A DNA stretch of 64,000 bases. It comes from Myxococcota bacterium (lineage in GTDB: Bacteria; Myxococcota_A; UBA9042; PHBI01; JBMYRH01). Shown in pieces: positions 46,801 through 53,620 of this stretch; positions within the stretch are counted from its first letter, which is position 1; every line of letters begins with the position of its first letter. The notes beneath the pieces are model-generated. The model did not search any database, was not told the DNA's origin, and was given only the letters and a program-made list of their open reading frames with translations. The stretch is taken from the NCBI GenBank assembly GCA_049602155.1, contig JBMYRH010000003.1, positions 301,871 to 365,870 of the forward strand, given 5' to 3'. The position numbers and the translations under genes are program-made.

Positions 46801-48033
46801 CTGCCCCGGCAAGCACTCCCCGGTGACGCAGTCGCTGCCGTCGTAGTCCCAAAGCCCGCAGTTCAACGACGCGTCGCATTGACCATCGCCGAGCGCCCCC
46901 TCCGGTGTGCAGCCGTCGAGACAATCCACCAGGTCACCATCCGGGCATGGGTCAACGACACAGTCACCGCCATCCCAGTTGAAGGCCTCGCAGTTCAGCG
47001 CTTCGTCACACGTGCCGTCGTTCACGAGCGCCGCCAATACACAGCTGCCGTCACAGGCCAAGAGCTCGGCGGGCGCGCACGCCGAGCAGTCGCCTCCATC
47101 AAAGCTGAGCTCTGGGCAGTTTAATGCGGGGTCGCAAACCCCGTCTCCGTAGGACAGCGAGGGCGTGCATCCGCCAATGCAGTCAGACATCTCGTTCATG
47201 GGGCACCCTGCCGCGCATAGCCCATCTGCACCACAGGTGGTGCCGACGCCGCAGGTCCCGCAGCTGCCGCCACATCCATCGTCGCCGCACGCTTTGTCGT
47301 CACATTGCGGTGTGCAGGCTGTGGGATCGACACAGACCCCGTCTTCAGAGCACATGAACCCCACGCCACAGACACCACAGCTGCCACCGCACCCGTCGTC
47401 ACCGCACGCTTTATTCGCGCAGTCCGGGGTGCACACCGAGGGGTCAACGCACTGCCCCTCTAGAGAACAGGTCAGCCCGATGCCGCACACCCCGCAGCTG
47501 ACGCCGCACCCATTATCACCACACTCGCGGGTGTCACAGACACCACAACAAGGGTCATCGGCCGGTGGCGTGTGGATACAGCCGTCAGTGCCACAGGTGT
47601 CCACGGTGCAGGCATCGCCGTCGTCACAATTCTTTGCAAAGCCGCCAACGCACACGCCTCCTTGGCATGCCTCTCCGTCCAAACACGGCGCGCTATCACA
47701 AGGCGAACCGTCCTCTGCAAAGGCAACCTCGCAGACCCCAAGGGTGCACACGACCTGCTCACATGTCCCCGCGATCAGCCCCGCGCAGTCGGCGTCTTCT
47801 TGGCACTCCGGCTCTGCTGCTTGGTCGAGGGTGTCCCCGGGCGTCGCCGTGCTGCCCGCGTCTGCGCGCGCGACCTCGCTGGTCTGAGTCCAACCGGGCT
47901 GCGGAGCGGGCGGCACGCTGCTCGTGGTGTCACCAGACAGGTCACCACCGGTGCACGCGCTCGCGAAGAGCGCGGCCGCCATCAAGAAGAAGGTAAGACA
48001 AGCGCGACGGATGAGATCCCCCTGGGTGATCAA
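43858..48033 (-). CDS. Giant Cys-rich lipoprotein with 26 tandem LNR (Lin-12/Notch repeat)-like modules
   Basis: The stop is firm; the start is uncertain. The track ORF reaches 48291, but 48034-48291 is low-GC and not protein-like. TTG 48033 gives (M)ITQGDLIRRACLTFFLMAAALFASAC; ATG 47982 is also possible. N-terminal region has CG.(D/N)GCG.SCG.C modules, followed by the LNR-like array. Confidence 0.8.
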   Translation of the reverse strand: MITQGDLIRRACLTFFLMAAALFASACTGGDLSGDTTSSVPPAPQPGWTQTSEVARADAGSTATPGDTLDQAAEPECQEDADCAGLIAGTCEQVVCTLGVCEVAFAEDGSPCDSAPCLDGEACQGGVCVGGFAKNCDDGDACTVDTCGTDGCIHTPPADDPCCGVCDTRECGDNGCGVSCGVCGIGLTCSLEGQCVDPSVCTPDCANKACGDDGCGGSCGVCGVGFMCSEDGVCVDPTACTPQCDDKACGDDGCGGSCGTCGVGTTCGADGLCAAGCPMNEMSDCIGGCTPSLSYGDGVCDPALNCPELSFDGGDCSACAPAELLACDGSCVLAALVNDGTCDEALNCEAFNWDGGDCVVDPCPDGDLVDCLDGCTPEGALGDGQCDASLNCGLWDYDGSDCVTGECLPGQILDCEGECIAAVLNGDGECHPELNCKESGYDSGDCCPPGEVPSCVGECLPEGLIGNGSCDDAFNCPAYQEDGGDCIAGDCPVGFLYDCTGVCGDLAKVGDGVCDSNFDCIPFGLDGGDCGVIGCPIGQAPNCADGCTQENWLGDGFCDPLFDCEATDWDNGDCQPPGPVCAPATEVLDCLGGCTAVAALGDGQCDEALNCEAQGFDEGDCIDAPVCPDGQQLDCMETCSWQSWYGDGECDEPFACDALNWDGGDCPGVFCPPGQTPSCAATCLPAEVYGNGFCDFELDCEATSWDGGDCAPTQCADGLTPNCLGACSWAGWLGNGSCDDVFACEELGWDNGDCAPVVECGLGETPDCLGGCQPASSLGDGVCDESLRCEETDWDGEDCCPTGKAPDCLGECSFETWFGDGLCDPVLACELTGWDGGDCEPVVVCPNGETPDCLGGCVASSALGNGICDAPLQCEETVWDGGDCCTDLQVANCQGGCVWLSWLGDGTCDQSLACSATNWDEGDCPVVAECAEDEVADCVGGCLPATWLGDGTCQATLACLDTGWDGLDCCPTGEIKTCDGGCAWPTWLGDGFCDPEFQCETFGWDSGDCEALVVCPPGEVADCVGGCQPSSSVGDGQCDEALRCLSHAWDGGDCCTAFEITDCDGTCSWSWWLGDGLCQPQLQCEALAWDAGDCSPIVECAPGEIVDCDFNCIDQALLGDGICQPELQCVTMSYDNFDCCPDGYVKSCQGICTAASELGNGSCSSSMNCAETDWDGGDCCGDGTVKGCDGTCQPEAWLGDGTCQSVLACWQNSWDGGDCCPMGQIKDCAGVCKFVGLGNGFCDPAFACEALNWDAGDCPIPCPEGQATNCEGVCAEASMGDGLCDPTFACEDGEWDGGDCCPEGQIKDCKQVCRPAGWLGDSWCDIQFQCIELSWDDGDCPSNGTCAQDQTANCFGGCTPNTWYGDNSCDAVFACDELLWDGGDCLDGEIP
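43879..47205 (-). repeat. Array of 26 tandem ~40-47-aa coding repeats (LNR-like)
   Basis: Each unit has the form C(P).G....C.G.C......G(D/N)G.C(D)....C.....(W/Y/F)D.GDC, e.g. CLGGCTAVAALGDGQCDEALNCEAQGFDEGDC. Counted from the translation (residues 363-1471 of the track ORF). Confidence 0.9.
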
Positions 48034-48319
48034 GGGCGCTCGAACGTCTCTCAACGCCAGCTCAAGCCGGCAGTGAAATGATGGTGCCCTCTTAGCCGGA
48101 TACGACAGAGCGACGGGTAGAATCAAGTCTCGGTCCAAACCGAGGCCATCAAAGGGGTCGGTAAAACCTCCCCAATGCGGCGGCTCAAGGTCACCAAGTG
48201 AAAGGCTCGACTGGACAAACCCACGACAACGAGCGACACTTAAGTGATTAGAATTATAACCAAATCGCGACAAAGCCGAACCAAGGGACACACAGATAAG
48301 GACTCAGAGGCTGCTCTTT

Positions 48320-49036
48320 GTGGGGCTCCTCAGCACATCGCTCCTCGCCTGTGGTGGCGAAGGGACCGCTGACAACGACGCGTCGCTTCAAGACGTCACG
48401 GCGTCGACCGACGCATCGAGCGAAGACACCCAAGCCCCAAGTGATGTCGTGACAGAGGGCGACGCGGCCCAGGCTCACGACGCTCAGGCCGAAGACGACA
48501 CAGAGCAACCCGAGGAGTCCGGGTGCCGAAGCGCCGACGATTGCCCGTTAGACAGTAACTTTGAGAGCTACTGCGCGACCCCTTATGACGACACTCATGT
48601 CTGTGGCATCCCTGCTGCTTACCCTGATTACCCCTGCGAAGAGCTCTGCCCAGGTGTGGGTGGGCCATTCGACGGGGAATTCCCCGGGGGCAGCGAGTGT
48701 CACGCGGTCATGTCGAATTGCTCGGCCAATGGAATCGGGGGTTACTGCGCAGATCCTTCGGAGGACGCGGTCTTCAACACGCCATGCGGAGGCTCCGAAC
48801 CCGGGGACGAGTTGACCTGGAACGAGGAGGGCGTCCGTGTGCCGCAGAGCTGTGAGGATGGCTACGCGTGTCACGCGGTCCAGAGCTGTGAGCCCAGCGC
48901 AGCGCATAGCGACCTGCACGGCTGCGCATTCGCGCTCTGCGAGGCCGACTCAGACTGTGAGGAGGGGCTCTTTTGCGTCAACGGTCAATGCATCGACACC
49001 TTGGGGACGTGCGCACTGAATACGCCTAGTCCCTAA
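48320..49036 (+). CDS. Cys-rich hypothetical lipoprotein
   Basis: GTG start. GLLSTSLLACGG lipobox, acidic linker, then 20+ Cys. Divergent from the LNR gene. Confidence 0.55.
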   Translation: MGLLSTSLLACGGEGTADNDASLQDVTASTDASSEDTQAPSDVVTEGDAAQAHDAQAEDDTEQPEESGCRSADDCPLDSNFESYCATPYDDTHVCGIPAAYPDYPCEELCPGVGGPFDGEFPGGSECHAVMSNCSANGIGGYCADPSEDAVFNTPCGGSEPGDELTWNEEGVRVPQSCEDGYACHAVQSCEPSAAHSDLHGCAFALCEADSDCEEGLFCVNGQCIDTLGTCALNTPSP

Positions 49037-49136
49037 CGCCCGCAGTCAATGGGGCTATCGGCCCTTCGCCCTCAGCCCTTGCTCTAGAGCAGCACAGTGC
49101 TAATCTCCCGAGCGTCGCACACCCGGGAGGCGAAAG

Positions 49137-50546
49137 ATGGACACTAAGCGCGCACGTAAGCTCATCGAAGACGTCTGGGAGAGCTCCATCATACCGACCT
49201 TGGTCGAGTACGTTCGGATCCCAAATAAGTCCCCTGCATTCGACGCCCAATGGGCCGAGCACGGCTACATGGACGAGGCCATCACCTTGGCTGAGAACTG
49301 GGTGCGTGAACACGCGCCAAGTGACGCATCGATTGAGGTCGTCCGCTTGCCTGGGCGCACGCCGGTCCTGCTCGTCGATGTCCCGGGTACGGCACCCGGC
49401 AACGTGCTGCTCTACGGTCACTTGGACAAGCAGCCCGAGATGATCGGCTGGGATGCGGACCTCGGGCCCTGGGATCCGGTCTTGCGCGACGGCAAGCTCT
49501 ACGGACGAGGTGGCGCCGATGATGGCTACGCGGTCTTCGCGTCGCTCACGGCCATCAACGTCCTGCGCGACCAAGACATCCCTCATGCCCGGGCGCTCAT
49601 CCTCATCGAGACCTGCGAGGAGAGCGGGTCCTTTGACCTGCCCTATTATATCGACCACCTCACCGAGAAGATCGGCACCCCTGAGCTTGTGATCTGCCTC
49701 GACAGCGGCGCAGGCAACTACGAGCAGCTCTGGATGACGACGTCGCTTCGCGGGATGATCGGCGGCACCCTTAAGGTCGATGTCCTCAAAGAGGGCGTCC
49801 ACAGCGGCGACGCCAGCGGCGTAGTTGCGTCGAGCTTCCGCGTGGCGCGAGAGCTCCTCGATCGCATCGAGGACTCTAAGACCGGCGTGATGCACATCGC
49901 CGCCTGTAACGCTGAGATCCCTCAGCAGCGGGTCGAGCAAGCCAAGGCCGCCGCGGAGTGCCTAGGGGGCGTCATCTCAGACCGCTTCCCGTGGGTCGAG
50001 GGCATGGGCCCTGTCACCGAAGACCGGGCGGAGCTGGTCCTGAACCGCACCTGGCGCCCGACCCTCTCGGTCACCGGCGTCGCTGGGCTCCCATCTCTGC
50101 AAGACGCCGGCAGCGTGCTGCGCCCCGGCACATCACTCAAGCTCAGCTTCCGACTGCCGCCGACCGTGGACGCGACGGTCGCCTACGCGGCGGTCAAAGA
50201 GGAGCTCGAGCGAGAGAGCCCCTACGGCGCTCAAGTGAGCTTTGAAGGCTCTGGCGAGTCAGGCTGGCACGCCCCAATCTTGAGCCCCTGGCTCGAAGAC
50301 GCGCTCAACGGCGCCTCGATGTCCTGGTTTGGGCGACCATCGATGCAGATGGGCGAAGGCGGGACCATCCCCTTTATGGGCATGCTTGGAGAGAAGTTCC
50401 CCGAGGCTCAGTTCGTCATCACAGGTGTCCTCGGGCCGGGCTCAAACGCCCACGGCCCAAACGAATTCCTGCACCTCGGCATGGCGAAAAACCTGACCGG
50501 CTGTATGGCACACGTGATGGCAATTCACGCCAAGCGCAGCCTCTGA
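49137..50546 (+). CDS. M20 family metallopeptidase (dipeptidase-like)
   Basis: LLYGHLDKQPE, GRGGADDGYAVFASLTAI and IETCEESGS metal-ligand motifs of M20/M25/M40 enzymes. Confidence 0.9.
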   Translation: MDTKRARKLIEDVWESSIIPTLVEYVRIPNKSPAFDAQWAEHGYMDEAITLAENWVREHAPSDASIEVVRLPGRTPVLLVDVPGTAPGNVLLYGHLDKQPEMIGWDADLGPWDPVLRDGKLYGRGGADDGYAVFASLTAINVLRDQDIPHARALILIETCEESGSFDLPYYIDHLTEKIGTPELVICLDSGAGNYEQLWMTTSLRGMIGGTLKVDVLKEGVHSGDASGVVASSFRVARELLDRIEDSKTGVMHIAACNAEIPQQRVEQAKAAAECLGGVISDRFPWVEGMGPVTEDRAELVLNRTWRPTLSVTGVAGLPSLQDAGSVLRPGTSLKLSFRLPPTVDATVAYAAVKEELERESPYGAQVSFEGSGESGWHAPILSPWLEDALNGASMSWFGRPSMQMGEGGTIPFMGMLGEKFPEAQFVITGVLGPGSNAHGPNEFLHLGMAKNLTGCMAHVMAIHAKRSL

Positions 50547-50654
50547 TCTGGTTATTCTCTTAAGGATCTTCGCCCAGCATCCGTAGGAGAGGGTGGAGTT
50601 CTCGCCCGGCACGAGTGTTGCGCGGGTCGGGGCGCACGCCGCGCCTGCGGGGAC

Positions 50655-50740
50655 TCCATCCACGATAACGGCAAACCAGTCGCGAGGCTGGGACGCAAAA
50701 CCAAGGGTCTCTTTGAGACAGCCTGGCTACCGAAGGAGAA
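50655..50740 (+). promoter_or_regulatory. c-di-GMP-I (GEMM-I) riboswitch-like aptamer, copy 1
   Basis: cacgataacGGCAAACCagtcGCGAggctGGGACGCAAAACCaagggtctctttgagacagcctggctACCGAagg. It matches the remembered GEMM-I/Vc2 core GGCAAACC-stem-GNRA-stem-GGGACGCAAAGCC-hairpin-ACCGA. CCAGTC/GGCTGG forms a 6-bp stem capped by GCGA, and GTCTC/GAGAC forms the second hairpin. Confidence 0.75.
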
Positions 50741-50972
50741 TGTCGAGAAAGGTGGACTTTCGTCTAGCAGGCCGGCCTCAGCACCCGTCCTTTGACGCCC
50801 GCTCCCTCTGAGGGGGGCGGCGCGTCAAGCCCCGACGACGACACCTAAGCAACCTCAGATGGCGCCCTCGCAGGGGAGCGCCTCGTCTATCTGACCCATT
50901 CGCGAGCATCCACGCCCCCGTGATGCCACGTCGCCGATGTCCCGCATCGGTCGAAACGTACAGGAGTGCCCT

Positions 50973-51173
50973 ATGAAGACCGTCGTGCTCTGTCTCCTCA
51001 CTTTAGCCCTGATAAGTGCCATGCACCACTTTGATATCAGGGACCTAAACCGGCCCTCGGGGCTCTCAACCTCCCTCGAACAAGGCGGTAAAAACGGTCA
51101 CATCGAGGGACACATGCACCAAGGCGCCGTGCAACCCATTCAGCGTGTCACCTCCGAGAGGAGGCAAGGCTAA
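50973..51173 (+). CDS. Small secreted His-rich peptide (66 aa), hypothetical
   Basis: AGGAG lies 6 nt upstream of ATG 50973. Signal-peptide-like MKTVVLCLLTLALISA. It is followed 7 nt later by a perfect 8-bp hairpin. The track ORF begins at 50937. Confidence 0.5.
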   Translation: MKTVVLCLLTLALISAMHHFDIRDLNRPSGLSTSLEQGGKNGHIEGHMHQGAVQPIQRVTSERRQG

Positions 51174-51179
51174 CCCAAC

Positions 51180-51198
51180 CACCGCGATCCTCGCGGTG
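51180..51198 (+). terminator. Perfect 8-bp hairpin after the small ORF
   Basis: caccgcga-tcc-tcgcggtg directly after TAA 51171-73. No U-tract. Confidence 0.45.
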
Positions 51199-51200
51199 AC

Positions 51201-51285
51201 ATCATCCCGAAATGGCAAACCAGTCGCGAGGCTGGGACGCAAAACCAAGGGTCTCTCTGAGACAGCCTAGCTACCGAAGGAACAT
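51201..51285 (+). promoter_or_regulatory. c-di-GMP-I (GEMM-I) riboswitch-like aptamer, copy 2
   Basis: The ~68-nt core is nearly identical to copy 1 (ggcaaaccagtcgcgaggctgggacgcaaaaccaagggtctctCtgagacagcctAgctaccgaagga). The two internal substitutions fall in the hairpin loop and in a predicted mismatch position. The 3' end gaagga doubles as an SD-like element 7 nt before ATG 51289. Confidence 0.75.
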
Positions 51286-51558
51286 CCCATGAAGACGCAT
51301 CAAAAGCCGCGGCCCGCGCCGCAACACATTCGCCCCCATGAGCGTCTGACGGCCGCCACGCCTGATGACCGAATCACCACGTACCGAAGCGACAGAGGAT
51401 CTCATGCCAGACAACGTCTTTATCCAGCTCCCCCTCGTCATCCAAGACCTCTACTCCAGCGTCAATGACCTCCCCGTAGGTCCGCTGAACAACGAAAGGC
51501 CGCGCACAAACGCCCAGAGCACAAAAGACGATCAGGACACCGGCGCAGTCGGGCAACG

Positions 51559-52818
51559 CTAAGGGGCTGGTGGTTCGGCAACCAAACGGGCGCCGATCGC
51601 CATCCAAGGTGGCGGTGTCTCCGGCGCCGCCAACCTACGGCTGTTTCGGCATAAGAGCGCCATAAACGGGCGCTGACAGGCCCCCCCGCGAACGACTCGG
51701 GTGACGGGGGTGCGCGCGTCGTCGCGCGGGGGGCCTGCCGGGTCAATCACCTCAGGCGCGGTCATCCCGTAGGCCTCTGCCAAGTGGTAATCCGCAGTCC
51801 ACTCCGGACAGTTACCCACCATGTCGTAGAGCCCATACCCGTTGGGCGCATACGAGGCGACTGGGACCGGGGCGGGGCGGTCAAAATTGCACCGGGAGCC
51901 ATCGATCGGGGCGTCCCCCCACGGAAAAGGCGCCCCCTCGATGCCCCCTCGTGCGGCGCGTTCCCACTCAGCCTCGGTCGGTAACCGGTAGCGCCACCCA
52001 TCTCGACCTTCTAATACAGCGCATAAGCGCACGACATCGGCGATGCTGAGCCCGGTCTGGGGTAACGCGCCGACATAGGCGTCAAGGGGGGGAGCGTCGG
52101 GCGCAGAGACAGAGGCCCACAGCGCCCGCGTCACCGGCCAGGCGGCCATCCAATAGTCCTCTGTCAGCGTGACACAACGCAGCGGCAACTCACTCGCCTT
52201 TTGCGCAGGGCTGCCACCCATGGTGAAGGTGCCCGCGGGCACCTTGCGAAAGGGGAGCCCGGAGGGGGACCACGCCACCGAGGGGTCGGCCTTGAGGCGC
52301 TGCAAATGAGCAGCGCGCTCTGGGCGTAAGGCCGCCTCGGCCCCTTCGGCCTGCCTAGGCAACCCGCTCAGGTCTGGGTGAGCAGGCAAGAAGACTGGGC
52401 GCTGCCGATGCCAAGCGATGCGATGACGGATCGGGTGGTTAGGGTGCCCGTCGAGGAGGTCCTCCCAGGTCCGCCAAGCGCCTGCATGATCGCCAGCCCG
52501 ATAGGCGTCGAGCCCTTCGTGATACGCCACCATCCCGGGATCAGGCCTGTCCGCATCAGGCACCTCCGCCGCGTACTCTGGGTGGGCAAAGAGTGCGCCA
52601 CGCAGTGCAGCGAGGATCTCTTCGACGGCGCTCCCGCTGCGGAACCTCCCAGCGATCTCGCCTTGTGGTGTCAGGATGAGGCAATCAGGGGGAGCCGCAG
52701 CGGCGCGGCTGGAGTCTAAGCTCGAGTTGACCAAGGCTCGCCCCACGGGATCCACCCCGCAGCCCTCAAGCGCCATGCTGATCCTCACCGGCACAAAGGC
52801 TTTGGCGATCAGGCGCAC
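51559..52818 (-). CDS. Formylglycine-generating enzyme (FGE/SUMF1) family protein; reading frame probably continues upstream to 53010 through an in-frame TGA
   Basis: C-terminal FGE-sulfatase motifs GTFTMGGSP, RLPTEAEWERAARGG, NGYGLYDMVGNCPEWTADY and VVRGGA. The track ORF starts at GTG 52818. The same frame is open from ATG 53010 except for TGA 52869-52867. Confidence 0.8.
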   Translation of the reverse strand: MRLIAKAFVPVRISMALEGCGVDPVGRALVNSSLDSSRAAAAPPDCLILTPQGEIAGRFRSGSAVEEILAALRGALFAHPEYAAEVPDADRPDPGMVAYHEGLDAYRAGDHAGAWRTWEDLLDGHPNHPIRHRIAWHRQRPVFLPAHPDLSGLPRQAEGAEAALRPERAAHLQRLKADPSVAWSPSGLPFRKVPAGTFTMGGSPAQKASELPLRCVTLTEDYWMAAWPVTRALWASVSAPDAPPLDAYVGALPQTGLSIADVVRLCAVLEGRDGWRYRLPTEAEWERAARGGIEGAPFPWGDAPIDGSRCNFDRPAPVPVASYAPNGYGLYDMVGNCPEWTADYHLAEAYGMTAPEVIDPAGPPRDDARTPVTRVVRGGACQRPFMALLCRNSRRLAAPETPPPWMAIGARLVAEPPAP

Positions 52819-53042
52819 GATCTCAGGTTCAGAGAAGCCGACGGCCCTCTGGTACTGTGCGGCGGGTCACAAGTCGTCCGCGCTCCCTATGCCCTGTCCG
52901 CACGGGTGTAAGAGCACCATACGGCGATCTCGCTGGGCCACTTCGAGCCCGTCAGAGATCGCCTCGAGCCACACGATATCCCGAAGTTCCTCATTCATCT
53001 CGCCCACCATAACGCGAGAGGCTTGTCAGGTGTCAGCGGACA

Positions 53043-53555
53043 GTGAAGAGTGGGGTCGTGTTTGCACGACGCCTCAGCCTCTTCATCCTCCTCGCCGCGA
53101 ACCTCGCCGGCTGCGAAACCAAGTCACCGTGTGCGCTCACCGGAACTTGGGAGGTCGAGCGCCTCGCTTGTACAGGTCACCCTGAAGCCCGCCCCGACCA
53201 CGTCAAAGCGAGCTACACCTTCGACGGCGCGGGGGGCACGACCAGGTGGGAGCTCCCCGGGTGCACCGTCGAGGCCCAGTTTGAACTCACCCTCCAAGGC
53301 ACCCAAGTGATCTTGCGAGAGCACCAACACACCTGTGAAGCCACAGCGGTCGCGGATGGTGAGGCAGCCACCCCCTGCTGCACCTCATCTGCAGTGGACA
53401 TGACGCTGAATTATCGATGCCAGCCCGGCTCAGAGGGCGTGGACTGGATCGCGACCCTGGCAACGGACGGTGAGACAGGGCCTTGGGCCAACCGGGGCGC
53501 CTGGCGTGGCTGCCCCACAGGCTCCCTCGGGATGATGCGCCTCGTCACCCACTGA
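53043..53555 (+). CDS. Hypothetical lipoprotein
   Basis: GTG start. LFILLAANLAGC lipobox. No recognisable family. Confidence 0.5.
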   Translation: MKSGVVFARRLSLFILLAANLAGCETKSPCALTGTWEVERLACTGHPEARPDHVKASYTFDGAGGTTRWELPGCTVEAQFELTLQGTQVILREHQHTCEATAVADGEAATPCCTSSAVDMTLNYRCQPGSEGVDWIATLATDGETGPWANRGAWRGCPTGSLGMMRLVTH

Positions 53556-53620
53556 GCTGCCCGGCCTCGACGTCGCGACGCGCGCAAGGTACACCCGATC
53601 CCTGACCGACGGAGGGCACG

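Noticed and set aside
43879-47205. Regular ~130-bp periodic array checked as a possible CRISPR or other non-coding repeat (the same check was made for 34.3-37.0 kb and 25.1-25.9 kb)
   Set aside because: All three arrays are in-frame within long ORFs and have conserved Cys spacing at the protein level. There are no invariant short direct repeats with unique spacers, and no cas genes are present in the window.
48034-48291. N-terminal 86-codon extension of the LNR-protein ORF
   Set aside because: The region drops in GC and reads like an intergenic or promoter segment. The lipoprotein signal peptide begins only around 48033-47982.
49026-49940. 304-aa - strand ORF
   Set aside because: It is antisense to the M20 peptidase gene, which has clear metal-ligand motifs.
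50739-50810. 23-codon ORF (MSRKVDFRLAGRPQHPSFDARSL) starting inside the 3' end of riboswitch copy 1
   Set aside because: The SD-like aggag is only 1 nt from the ATG and the sequence has no coding features. It is probably just leader RNA, though a leader peptide cannot be excluded.
51289-51562. 59-aa Arg/Pro-rich ORF (51289-51468) and overlapping 65-aa acidic ORF (51365-51562) downstream of riboswitch copy 2
   Set aside because: Neither is convincing alone. GC3 bias switches frame midway, and there are no motifs. They are noted under the riboswitch finding but not called as features.
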